Assembly: GCF_001949145.1 (NCBI RefSeq)
Contig: NW_019091356.1
Span: 4,198,934-4,262,933 of the forward strand
Direction: 5' to 3'
Origin: Acanthaster planci
Lineage: Eukaryota
Length of the DNA: 64,000 bases
Part shown: positions 25,766-39,500 of the stretch, piece after piece
Layout of the letters: the number at the start of each line of letters is the position of its first letter
Position numbering within the stretch: the stretch's first letter is position 1
Position numbers and translations under genes: made by a program
Notes under the pieces: model-generated
Database searches by the model: none
Seen by the model: the letters and a program-made list of their open reading frames with translations, nothing else
What the model was told of the DNA's origin: nothing

Positions 25766-28313
25766 ATAACTTAGACGCATTGCTGAATGCTTGCACTGTT
25801 TTTCCTTCTTGAAAAGGCGCCAGTCTTTTTCCTTGCAAGGCCGTCAAATACTTTCCTCCATTCCAACACCTTCGGAATGGACCTACAGCCTAGATGTTAA
25901 ATGTTTTCCTGAATTATCAGAGGTTGTTCTATCACTTCTATCAATTTTTGGTTGTGCTATTTTATTTGGCAGTGGCTCGAGTTGTTATCTTGGAGGGACA
26001 GGACATCCCGCTGTCCTGCTTGTTTACACGGTAGAAACCCATTTCGATCGAGAGCTTCTGCCAGAATTCCCCCAGACGTGTTTTGGCCAACGTTTTAATG
26101 ACTTAACATGAGCCAGAAAATGCGAATCCAGACGGGAAAACGGCACTCACAGAGTCAAGAGGCCCTTCCATTACCCAGGAGGGCTCCGGGTTGAGGAACA
26201 GCCAGCCTGAGCACGCCAGCTGATCAACAAGCGGCCTTAGCCAAAATGCACATAAAGGTGGGCACAACTGGCGCTCATGACCGGCGGTGTTTACTTACGT
26301 AGTCGCTACTTTGGGAGAGGGGTGTCTCATTTTGAGGGCCTGTCAAAACTTGCACATTCGATTCTATGATTGTAGCGCGGCACAGGGAAACCTGGATTTC
26401 CATTTCGCGCGTGAGGTTATCCAGCACAAGCGCGGACCATGCTGATTTCGCATTAAGGCAGCTGATTTTCAATTCTGTTGGTGGGGCGCGAGTACCGTTA
26501 CTTGGCCCAGATTCCCGCCGTTTAAAATGCACAGCCGCGTAGCGTGTAGGCAATGGCGCAGGTCACGCCGGTCGTCTCGGAAAGCTTGGCCACCAAACGA
26601 TTTCACTTAATCGCAGCCATCCCTTGGGGGTAGCATGTAAAGCTGACAGACTGAAAAAGGCCTGCTTAATGATATACCACATAACCCGTCGGTCCTGTAC
26701 GTCGACAAAATCTAGCAGTTTGCGCATTGAATAATAGATTGCAATTTATATTGCTCACAGCAAAAATGCCACAGACAGAAGTTCCTTAGTTTTATTCCGT
26801 TCCCGACCCGTACGAGACCAAAGCTTTTTGATAATGTTTCATCCCTTCAAGCCCGCCAAGATTTAAGCCTTGGTTTGCATACGGTAACGGCAGCTCACAG
26901 AACGCTGTCGCTGAGCCATAAGGTTAGCGAAATATCCTGTCGAAAAGTGCCTAAAAGAATGCTTCTCCAATATACTTCATGAGTTGAGCTGAGGATATAT
27001 CCTAGAGTCACAGTTGAGCTTACGTTTTTATGACTTCATATCACAGTTCCACTTAAAAAGATCAACGCGCCAGTGTTAGACACTTTTGAAGAAATTCAAT
27101 GGTTTATAAATGCACTGATGAGAGTGTTCAGTATCCGTAAAGGATTTCAGCTACTCCAATAAGAATCTCTGTAGAGTATGTTCCTACAATGTAGTCCAGG
27201 CTTCACATGCAGAGTGCCGCAAGCAGATTTCTCGGGAATAAGTTTACAGCAATCGAATGAAAGATAAAATAATCCCACAGTAAGTTAGGTCAGTAAAAAA
27301 GCAGAATTCTGAATTGGCCAGACCTTGGTTTATTTCCAACAAACAGGTGTTCACTGTTCGTTCCTGTAATTGATTGCATTCTGCCTGGTAAATTCAACTC
27401 CCAATGGAAATACATGGACCCTTTACCCGTTCTTGGTTTTATTGACCAATATGAACTTCAAACAGTTTTACTTTCAAGCAAGATTATTTTGCAGAAATTT
27501 TTGTCACACCGATTCGCCCACTAGTTGCATGAATTCCGAGTTCAATCTGCCTAGCGACATTAACCTCATGATATTCTAACATTGTCTCTTGGTGTAAGGG
27601 ACAGGCGTGCTTTGCACACTGCTTTATGTCAAATATTTAGCTCTGAGTTGAGAAGTTCGGTTGGCCCAAACGGCTGAAAATGCGTCTATTTAGAAGCACA
27701 AATTCCAACTGGAAGAATGAGATTTTTCCACTCCTTCAGACGGGTTAAACATACGTCGAAAGACTGCGCTCAGTACAGGTAGCATCTCTGTTATGATTGT
27801 TACCGTTCCCAGTTTGCAGATTGAATGTTTAAGTGGGTCTTCTGCTGTAAAAAAAACGTGTTTATTCCGTTCAGTCGATTGGCGTCGATGCCCGTTCTAG
27901 TTCCGCATGGCTGATGTTTACTCTATATGCAGTGCGAATTTAGGTTATGTTTGCAGTCAGGTACCTATATCGACACGCTGCTCGAGCAAATTACTGGTTT
28001 CCTGCCAGATGGTTTATTATAATTACAAAAAGAGTCAGAACGCACGTTTTAAGGCTGATTATTGTATGAATGATATCGATCATTCGTAAACAGCCCCTAG
28101 GAATATCTGGGAAAACCTCCTTTTATGTACTTAATTTGTAACTAATTATATTGAGTAATGAAAGATGCACTTGTTAAAAAATTACCCTGAAGTTTTATTT
28201 CATCATTCTATAAATTTAGGGTTCATTTTTTCCTGTCCCCGCTGCATCTTCTTAAGTGGAAAACTCATTCTTTTATTTCCAAGAGTGAATAAGTGATAGA
28301 ACTTACTCAAACA

Positions 28314-28515
28314 TATCAAATCGAGTTAGGTCAATGGCGGTGATATATCCATTGTCAAATTACATAACTCTGCTGAAACAGGGACAGCAAATGTCACATG
28401 TCGGACCCCAGGTTTATCAAATAGAGTTAGGTCAATGGCGGTGATATATCCATTGTCAAATTACATAACTCTGCTGAAACAGGGACAGAAAATGTCACAT
28501 GTCGGACCCCAGGTT
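28314..28515. repeat. Tandem duplication, 2 x 101 bp
   Basis: 28314-28414 and 28415-28515 are identical except for two substitutions (TCGAG/TAGAG and CAGCAAAT/CAGAAAAT). Confidence 0.95.
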
Positions 28516-29211
28516 CATTCCTTTAAATGGCCTTATTGGAACCTATTAGTGTCAGAAGTGGGATAGCCCAAAAGGGGAAATGCAGCTTTGCAGTTTGTGA
28601 AGATACCCTTAAAATTCTGTGAGATTGTCAAAATTCACTCTGTGTTGTTTTCATGTCACCCTGAAAGGACTATCAACTGAATTGTCTTCGAAGAGTGTTA
28701 ACCAGAGGTCCGATTTTCATGATTTGCATCAATGTATTTCTTAAATCTACAAAAAAGGTCTCCCTATAAAGTTACGGTTACTTCATTATTTAGACCTAGT
28801 CACTGAGGTCACAGATTCCGCTTTGTTACTACGTTGTACGTTGCCCTTGTGATTATATTCATCATCAGTTTATATTCTTGCTTTGTTAAAACCAACAATA
28901 CTATACGACATGAACTGCTTGCCAGTCGCCGTGTTCCACTTTGCTGCAATGATACATAAAGGGAATGATATCTTCCACAGTTCTTGAAAGACTCACCAGT
29001 CTTTCACCTGTTGACTTCACCCCTGGTTTCCACGTCGCAGTTAGCAGAAATCTGAAAATATGAGCGAATACAATTTCATACATCTATTGCCTTGGACTTA
29101 TTAATATTTCACTGGTTGGCTGTTATTGAACAATAAATCTTGTGTGATCTTCGTTACATGAGCTGGAATGGAATCACCTGTGATCTAACACAACCAGCAT
29201 AATGACTTTTT

Positions 29212-29300
29212 TTAGCAGAAGCTGAGTGCTAGAGCGGCAGCAGCAAAAGTAGAGCAGCAAGAGTGGCTGCTCACAGCAGCAGCATGCATCATCAGCAGCT
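29212..29300. repeat. Imperfect (GCA)n low-complexity tract
   Basis: Repeated GCAGCAGCA, AGCAGCAA and CATCATCAGCAGC units. Confidence 0.5.
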
Positions 29301-32300
29301 TGGATCCGATTGGGCAAAAGCTTCTTGGATTGCACCTGGCAAATACACAGGCACAAATTGTTCTGGCGTGCAGTTGATCTTCGATCATTCCGGAGTGATC
29401 GTCATTCCATGAAAGTACGTGCATCTGTTCCCTACCGTCTTCAGAGTGAGCTGGCAAACATTTAACTTCCTGATCACTGGATGAAGGAGCACTGGTATGT
29501 TTTTATGCTGTTCAGGAACCAGGGTGCGAGAGCTGATAAGAAGCAATATTGCACTCTGATGTTATTTATCACTGGAAATGACTGATGGTCCTGGATAAAC
29601 ACCCTCGTGGCTTTGCAAGAGTGGGCAATTAATCAACCCCATCCATTGCGTCAGACCCCACCATTCGAGGCTTCAGTTCTCATCTGCTCCAGAACAAACA
29701 TGCAGACGCATGTTCAATTAAAGATTTCATATGTGGCCTTTTACGTTTGGGACTGACGCCTCTGCTCGAGATCACAAGAAGTTTTCAGGCATGTGACATC
29801 TGTCCCGTCGAGTTAAAATGCCCTTCATTGGACCTGGACAATGCAAATCTAAGTATTGAAAACTGTAAAGATGGATCATGCACGTAATAATTACCAGTGC
29901 GAAGATTGTACAGCTCAGGTGTCATTAACATAAAATGAGGACTCGAGCAGGTGTTGCAGAAATATTTTGCTTATGCATATACAGAGGACTGGACTTGCAT
30001 CCATTGTTACATGTCTAATGGGGGATTAATTATCTCTTCAATATCGCAGCATTTTATTAAATACTCCGTGAACCTATCAAGCTTAAGGGGTTGATGATGC
30101 ATTCGAATAGACTATTGCCGCCCCATGCAGACATATGTATGTGCCACCTGCTGCGAAGGTTGTAGCCATATGCTTTAACTTCGAATTAACTCACCGGGAA
30201 ATTAACTGAACAAATTGAATCCAATTATGAAAATATTGGTGCTTGAGGCCTTGCTGAACCCTAACAATGCTCAGATAGCAGTCCGTTCCTGCAATTTCCA
30301 AATACTTGGTGTGAATGTGATAGTGACTTCGGTTTTTCATATAATCATTCCATTGTGAATAGTGAGTATTCTTTAGTGACCATCGATGTAATTTGGATTA
30401 TTCTTTGTTCATTAGCCGTTAACGATTTTGTTGTACTCTTTTTCCACAAAAAGAGAAAAAGAGCAAAAAAGGTGGAGAAAAAAAGGAAAACAATTTATCG
30501 TTCACATAAAATCATTAATGCACGTCGATGCAAAATATAATAGTATAATACAGCAATTATTAAATTTGCCGAAGAATGAATGTGCAGTCATATCAATTTC
30601 TAGATGCAGAATACATAATACAAAGCAAGCGTACGATAACAGTCGCCAGAGAATTTATTTGCATCGTCAACGAATGAGCGGGCTTGTCGCGTAGGCAGTT
30701 TACATTGGGTACACGTACTGTGACTTGTTTACCTGGAAACATATGGCGTAGTTTGGAGCAATGGATGAAGCAACTGCCCCTCAGAGTCATGTCAACACCA
30801 TCCAATTGGCTGACATTATATATCTTTTTCTTCAAATCCATTATGGGTAGCACCTTTCCGATTATCGCTTTGGTGTAGCGGTATCGATCCTATAGCAGCT
30901 ATTCACTTTTTACCAAGCCACAGAATGAGTCTGTCCGTTGGCTAATTCTGTACTATGCTTTTAAATCTTGATTCAGCCGTGAGATCTGTTTGAATGCAGT
31001 CCATGAAATAAAGGCTACAATTTACATCCAAAGAACGATTTAGTGGGAATAGGTAGACCTTGTTGGTCATTTTTAAAACAACTTGTTGACTGAGAGGGTT
31101 CGTGGAAGCCTGTGGTCGATGATATGGAATTGACTAGAACCTTTTTTAACCATTAATTATTGACACCACGTTCACGCCAGCCACCTGTGTGTATGCTTTC
31201 CCTGTCATCATAGACCGAAACATCTGTGGAGAGTGTTCTTTCTAAGCAACATGTCCCGTAAGCTGAAGCACCCTTGACGCTCAAGTCCACGCGTGGTCAG
31301 TTCGGTGGAGTTCTACAGTGCCTTCAACTGTTGGCATGATGGATAGATCTCGGCAGTGTTGCGTTGAAGAAACTGCCCCAAACGAACTAATGTATACTTG
31401 GGCAGCTGGAATTAGCTGACGCGTGCTGTATTGAATGACAAGCAGCAGACAGGACCCCGTTGGGGTATGAGTTAATGTAGTTGTCAATTAGTGCACGATT
31501 CACAGTATTGTTTTCCTAGGGTTCTGGCTTGCCGTTTTGACATTTTCAACACTGCTGCTGGCATTTCACAGGATAGGATGTACGCGTAGATTTGTCCATA
31601 TTATTAAAAAAAAAAGCTGTATCGATTTTATTTCTTCCTTCTAAAGATGTCCAGTCCGTTCAAATTGGTTCATTTCGTAGTTTAAGCTCGATAATTTGGG
31701 GTCCTCTGCAGGCAAGATTTCAGGCTTTTAATTTGCATTTGGCTTTTGTGCTAGGCCTATGTGCCTTAGGTGCACGCTTTAACTTTACGTCTTATCGTGA
31801 ATTTCAGCCGTCCATTCTAAAAGTGAAAGCCTTCTGTTAGAAAGTTCTGGTGCAGACGGAAACCTGTCTCAAACAGTTGAAGAAATGGAGAATTGTCTTT
31901 GAAGTTTTAAAAAGTCTTAACACTCACTGAGCTACATGTGGTATATATATACCATCGCATTATGTTTTCTGATCGGTTGAGCCACACGGAACAATAAAAT
32001 TTTGAAAGAAGATTTATCTTGGTATAGTGTGGATAGGTTATAAGGGGGCGTGCCACGGAACGCCTTCAAGTGACATACAATCGGGACACACATTTGAGGA
32101 CTTGTTTTAACAAGATTGCAGGTCATTTTGTGTTTATCATTGAAGTTGATTTATTTGATGTTGTTTTGCTGCTAGGCAAGTTTACTTCCAAATTCCAGTG
32201 CAGACTTTGGAATGAAATATGCGAGCAATGTGGTCGAGTGTTGTACGCATAGCCCAGCTCTTTGGCCGTAAAGATGTAGTCTGTAGGATCTGTGTAACAC

Positions 32301-35300
32301 TAAGAAAAGTGGATTGACAGGTGCGCCCGGGAAGATTGCGTTATCGCTGAGAATTTGTGAGCCATTTGTGAACTTCTGTATTCCACCAACTTTGTCCAAA
32401 TGTTTTCTGGGAAAAGGAAGCTACTCAAACTTAAGTTGCTGACATAGTTTTCAGCATAGTGTTCTTTTAAAACTATGGGTCTGAAATTAAAAAAGATAAA
32501 CTGGAAATAATGCAAGCGAGCACTGCGTGAACAAGTCAAACCTCTCGATATTCCCCCCCCCACGATTATGCTATCTCTGACCATGACCGCTATGGAAACT
32601 GCAAATATATACCAGCATTATTAATGCTCTCAGACCTTCTATGTCACCCGCAGCATACTGATGATCATGTTTCCGTAATGTAATCTTTGGGAACATTGAT
32701 ACATTACATTTCCGTAAATCGCCCTGGATATATTTACAGCCCATAAAACCACCGGGAGATCTATCCAGTTGAAGGTGACCTTAACATCAAAAATGCTTTA
32801 TACTATCAAATGTCTATTAACGTATTCTTGGATTGACATTGTCCTGTGTTGGCATAAATCCTTGCTCGCAGACAATATCTTGTCCAAACAAATTAACCGT
32901 GGATGGAAATGTAAGCATGTGGCCAAACAGTGAGATGACTACTTTTTAATCTGCAACAGGATGAAGATGAGTGCTAAGCGACCGACCAGTTATTTGATCC
33001 GTTTGTTGTTCCTCTTTGAGTTTTACCAGGAAGAAAACCGTGGTTACAGGAAGCGGGACCTTTATTAAAGCATGGTCAGTACAGACTGTTACATCATGTA
33101 GTAACATAGTTTCACTTGACTCTACCCTGAAGATTTATGGTGACCAATTTACCTGTCATGTGCAATCTCATGGAAGCATCCCATGCCATTAGCCAATCGT
33201 CTCAAAGGCTTCTAGGAATCCCTCGTACTAGTCCTTCGCAACCTGACACCGCGCAGTGCAATGCAGTCTGCCACTCAGCCTGCAAAAGTTAACTCGTCAG
33301 GCGTCCAGCTCCCGTCCCGTCAGGCCGTCAGGGAGCGAAATTGAATTAGAGTCACAATCATAGTAAACTCAAATTCTGGATGCTGAGCAGAGAACAGCAC
33401 ACAGCTGCTAATTGTCATCTGTGAGAGCGATAGACGTGTTAGCTTTTTGCAGAGTACTTATGAAACCAACGCTTTTATCAGTACGCGTACTTTGTTTGGG
33501 TTCTCCGAGAAGAATGTTGCTAAAAATGAAACACAGTTAGAAGAACATGAACTACGCTTTGTACGGCAGCCACCTTACATCATGCTTGAGGCTTCGTTCT
33601 TTAAAACTGCACAAATTAAGCCCGAAGAAATGTAATCATCACGTTCAGTAGGTTTTTACTAGAGTCCTCGACCCGCTGGATGAAAATACTCGTCGGCATC
33701 TTGGCTGCATCAAATTCAATATATTATTGTCAAGCGAATTTTTGTCTGCAGTTCCAAAGAAATGTTATTGGTACAGTTGATAAAAAAATAATGCAATTGT
33801 TGATGAAGACACGTATCAATATTGATGACTTCGAAATAGCACTGGTAACCTGATAACCAGAAGTCTGGCATCATACGACTTGAAACTGTACTTTTGAACG
33901 AGGACTGGTTTCCAGGCTATGGTTACTGGGTATGAATTATGTACTAGCATGATGCCTGGTTGTAATCAGGGATGTGTGAATATGAACTCTTGTAAATCGA
34001 ATTGAAATTTAATGGAAAGAGCCCGCACAGCCGGCAGTGATGAATTAATGTTTATAAAGTGGCTTCCTCTTTGTGTCCGGGTTTGAAACACAATTTGAAA
34101 TACGCAAGTGATTTCAAGTACTCACCCGTCCTTCACCATACCTGCACAGTTTGATATTAGTTTACTGTTTCATACTTTTACGACAACACCAGCATCCGGT
34201 CGAAGTACATGTACTGTACATTGTCTCTTCAGCCTATGTTACATCATCCTTTCTCCATGGTTACATAGACTGCATTTTTTGGACCGCGCAGCTATAGCCA
34301 TAGTTTGGGCCGTGAGCTCCGTGAAATAACCCTTTGTCACTTGTCTTACATTTCAGTTGTTTTCAATTCCTGCCCGTGTGGACTATGTCTCCATGTTCAG
34401 TTGTTGTTTCATCTCTTCTTATTAGGGAAATATATTAGGGAAATAACTTGTAGATGGTTAGGTGGAATGGCGGACGGTTTCCGTCAGGCCTGCACCATGG
34501 CATTTAGAGAAACAAACAAGCCTGTTATTTTTGAACTGCCTTTGAAAACGTGCACCAGGACACGTCTCAACCTCGTGACATGGTAATGATGAGGCGAAAT
34601 CCCCAAAGATGAAAGTCCTATAAATGCCATGAGCGATGGAGCCAATCAGTTAACATTTACGGCCATGTGTTCACCTGTTGCCATATCTCACTGGCTTTAA
34701 GCTTTGAGTCGCATGGCACTCCACAGTTTGTACATGTACAATCGCGCCCTTTATACTCAAAACAACTCGATAATTGCTGATTACATTAACCTTTATATGT
34801 CAAACAGCGTAACACTCTGCATATTGAAGCATACAGAAGTAGGCAAATAAACACGAAAGCACCCGAGTAAGTTATTATTCATCAGGAATTAATGTGGTAG
34901 AGAACAATCTCTCGAATTTTGCTTTCCGATTTACCACTGATTTAATTTCCTGTGACATGTTTCACACAAGCAAAACCAACAGCGCACTGTGCAGTCTCCT
35001 CGTTTTTCGCATAGACGTCATTGAAACCTCGTGTCTTGGTGACATGATAAAAATCTGTTTTATAGATTGTTACAGGAGCATGAAGGAAACTGACAATGTA
35101 GAATTTTTGTCAATAGCAGGAAATCAAAGGCCGTGTGTAGTCTGTATGTGTACATCTAAGTTTTAACTCCGTCAAACTGATTTTAAAAAACAGATTTCCT
35201 AAAAAAAAACAGAGTATACACAAATGGTTGGCATATCAGCTGCGTCCACCAGAAGTAGCACTTCATGCATTGACCCGTGCAGGCTTTCCTCAGAGCAAGA

Positions 35301-36492
35301 GATCTTGCCCTCTTGCCTTAGCCACCCCGTACCCATTTCGCATTTCTAGTCGACAGTTGAGATTCTGACACCGTAGCGCATTACTTCGGAAATCGGGGTT
35401 ATTTAGAGGGCGCTGAAATTTTCCCATATGATCTGTTTCAGTTACTGGAAGTTTAAAATGATTTTCAAATAAATTTTAATGAACAATGAATACATGTCTG
35501 GGTCAAAAATTCGTAGTTATAGTTGTGTTTCAGACTTACACGATGTACTTTACTGAACAGATGCCATCAGACTTAACCAGTTCAGTATTACATAAAGGCA
35601 AAGTCTTACAGCAACAAAGCACGCGCGTTTAACGGCTTATGGCTGCGCTGATAGGGCAGACAATCGCGCGCGCGTTCTGTTCCGGGACGTCCTTCAGGTT
35701 GGGCATGCGCTTTCGAAGTGGCTCATTGTGACGGATTTACCGCTCTAACCGAATGGTTGGTTGGAAATGGTAGTACGAACCGAAGCTGGCTCGATAATTA
35801 ATGTAGTGCATGTTATGAGCTCATGTTAACTACATTGTAATGTGAATAGAGACACAATCTAGATGGAAAACGATTTCATCACGAAGTAAACACGTTCTGT
35901 TATTTCATTGATCATACATATTTTTAAACATATAGTCATATTCTTAGTTGAGAGCTTTCTCTTCTCAAACATGACAGTTTACAGTTTTGTTACGCTGGGG
36001 GAAAACATCCTGTTTTACTGAGTTCGTTTGTTTGCTGTACGATTTAACGGTTGATGTATTGGCTAACGATGATGCATTGGTTGGTTCACGTCTGTCAGTC
36101 TTATACTCATCCGGGTTCTGTCCATTTGTTTTTCGGAACAAGCGATGAGATATTTCATAACTCTTCATTTACCGGCTACCTTTTCAAAGCGGCAAACACG
36201 CGTGTCATCGGCTCAAAACAAACTCCTAAACCCTAACGAAGTTATATCTTTGAGTACTTCATAAATTAGGTATCTGGACGGGCAAATGCGGCTAATGTAT
36301 TTTTTTTTCATCTGGATGTTTTCTGGCCAAAAATTGGAACAAAAAGGAGAGAGAGAGACGAGAGATGAAAGATGTTAATTTGAAAATGCAGAGGTTACAG
36401 AGTGAAATCTGTATTTTGTCATTTCTAACGACCACCTGGCGACTAACAGAACGAGACGGGTAGGCTCTCTCTTCTCCTCCCAGCTGTTTACC

Positions 36493-36505
36493 GTTGCCCG
36501 GCAAC
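36493..36505. promoter_or_regulatory. RFX X-box
   Basis: GTTGCC-C-GGCAAC fits GTNRCC(N0-3)RGYAAC and lies in a CpG-rich, GA-repeat-containing segment (about 36350-36700). Confidence 0.45.
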
Positions 36506-39500
36506 TCCAATTTCGGCGCACAGAACGGATCAATGTGAAAATCGAACGTGACAGACGGAGGTACGAATAGCCGCGCGCGTCCCTGGAAGACATATTCAAG
36601 CCGAGCGTGCCTTTTCGAGTCGGCACCCCGAGCAGAACATTTGATAAGTGGGGGGAAAAAGCTGGTTCTGCTTGCATGACAGGCTTGGAATTGTCAGTTT
36701 TCGTCAGAGCGGGAGAGCTTCATTTTGCGCGTAGGGAACAGCAACAGGAAAGGCTGTCGCCACATTTTCCAGCTGGCTTGATGGTTGCTGCCATGTATCA
36801 CTCTAGAGTGTTGAGTGGGTGTGTCATTTTTTCTTCAAACTGCTAATGATGTGTACCAGAAAAGATCTGGTTTAAAGATACGTTGGCCTAAAGGCACTGA
36901 AGTGGTATTTTTAAATTATTGTGTTGGCATACCAACGGCTTAGTAACGTCTGCAGTGGAATCATTTGGGCCTCACGTGCTAAAGAGTAATAGAAAACATA
37001 ACCTTTAGGCTTTCCAAATAAGCCCGACATGCCTAGTTTAATATGCAACAGTGCTAAAAGTGCAAAGGAACTAACCTTTAAGTGAGCGTTTGATGTGTTT
37101 CCCACAGAAAGCATTTCGGATATTTCCTCAATTTCCGCGTGTCACTCACTAAGAACAACCCTGCTTCCTCTTTTAGTGAACAGTGGTTTGTGGGATTGCA
37201 ATTCCTGACCACACATTGTTTCAAACCTATAACTTGCAATCTGCTTTAGACCTTTAAGAACGTCTGCTTGAGTGTTTTGACCGACATCGATCGGTCGTCC
37301 CATTTACCTGAGCACCTGCAGTGCAACTCGTACATTTTATTACGCTTCTTATAAAGGCGTATGTTTATAATACACAGTCTCTTTATTCACCTCGGCCCCT
37401 AGGCGTCGGAGATACTAAGACTGATAACCCAATTGTGAAGGAGGGAACCTCCTGATGGTACACTTGCCCTGGGGAGGGGGTTGATTCGTCTTCGGTGCGA
37501 ACTTGACATTACACGCGAAGACAAATTTTGATATTAAAATTGAGTAAACTGACATGGGGTATAGGTGTTTGCGCGTCGGTTCTTAAGGGGATGGTTTACG
37601 TCCGACATTGCGCTAAATGCAGCGTTGGTTGATGCCTCTAATGTCTCCTGACCGGAACGGAATTTCTCAGATGGTCTGAATCTCTCTTCTACAAGTCAGA
37701 ATGTCTGTTGGACGCATTCGTATCTCCATTCATTTTCCCGCTCCTTCCATCTGTCACTTTGGTGCTGATTTCGGCAACTGTCATTATAGTGACCAAGTAG
37801 AAATGGTGTCATCACTTTGTCAGAGATACATGAACTGGGGAGGGTGGGGAAATCCCAGGAGATATCCTTGCTATGATAGTCCCTGTCAGTACTTTGCCAC
37901 CCGTGTGGGATTCCCGACATTGGAAGCGAGCCCGTGAATCAGCTAGAGGATAGGCATTCCACTGCAAACCGGGTTCTATTTTTAGTTTGACAGACGTGTC
38001 AAGATGAAAGCAGGACATCACGAGGAGCCCCTGCACCGTCAAGGCAGATAGACACTGATTGGTTTGTTGTGTGATTCTCTGACCGCAGTCTTTGTAAGCA
38101 CTGATGGATGTCATAAGCCCTAAAACTTCCTTTTTGGTAACCGTATGTATTGTTTTCAAACTGTAAGAAATTCATCTTCGTGTATATTTTGTAATATTGT
38201 TGTAACATCTTCAACTTCTTCGCACGGGCAGACAAAGAAGACCGTTAGATCAGAATGACGTTATCCGCTTGTACTGATAGAAGACTACACACGTACGGTA
38301 CTCTTTCGATTGTATACGTTTGTCATTATGCTATTTCTTTTGAAGTTGTTGTAGTCGAGTAAATTGCGCGAGGATATATTCACAACAACCTTTTTTGTCT
38401 TAACTCACAGCCAACATCAACATATCAAAGTGCGCGCATAAACATACACACCGTCTCGATGTTTGGCCTTTTCTCTATAAATTCTTTATGCCTACACAGA
38501 GTAGTGTGAAAGAGCCAGCTGGTGACCATAAACCAGTTAAAAACACGTCGTTTGTAGCAAGAAGGTATAAAAGTAAAAAACTATCGAAGCGTGATTGGCT
38601 GCGTTCTTCATGATGGTTTATGATGTGTCCCGGTCCGGTTTAGATGCAGTAGGCCTGCCTTTGTTTTGCTCCACTTGTACAGAGGGCCGGGGATAAATTA
38701 ATCAGTATAGATGCAATTTTTTTATTCACCGACATTTATTTAGCATTCGATAGGGTTATTGACAGAGACCACCATGCGCCCATTCACACGAAAAGCACAA
38801 ACCGTATAGGCATCCTTTGACATTACTGCTAAAGATGCGCGGTCTAGTTAGGTTCTCACGCCTGATTACTTTTTATTTAGAGAATCTATTTTTTCTTTGA
38901 TGCAACTCAGACTGATGTGCTTCGCGGCGCGGCTCACAAAGAGCGAACCCATCTGCAGGTAGCTGCGAAAACACCAAAACATTTTGCAGATGTTCCATTG
39001 ACATGTAAATGTTCAACGACGAAGTGAGGACACCACGCACGAATTGCTTTTTTTTTTTGAAGAGCAGTTGAAATTGATACCCGAAACTGGAGGACGAACA
39101 CGTTTGCCCCATCCTGAGTTGCATCAACACGCTCACAACCCAGGAAACTCCAGACTTTCTATGACATGATTGCTTTAATGTTTAGCCAGGTGTATGTCAT
39201 ATGCCGCGATGGCCATGCGCTGGGCGTGGGTTGAAGACTGTCTGTCGTACGGGTTGACTGGAATAATTTCCTAGAAGTAACCAGTTTTCTTTTAGAACCT
39301 GGGGTCTGCTCTTTTGACGTCACAGACGTGTTTTTCCTGCAAGTGGCTTGCTAAAACTATGGTCTGCCGTCGCTACAAAAGCAAAAAAACCAAACCAAAA
39401 CAAAACAAACCAATAATAATAACAAAAAATGCACAAAGTGTTGAAATCCGACGCAGCTGTCGGAACACCAGATAATAATACACATATTACCAAATATAAA

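Noticed and set aside
29212..29494. CAG-rich stretch as a polyQ/polyA coding exon
   Set aside because: All + strand frames hit stops before the GTATGT donor near 29495, so it is treated as low complexity.
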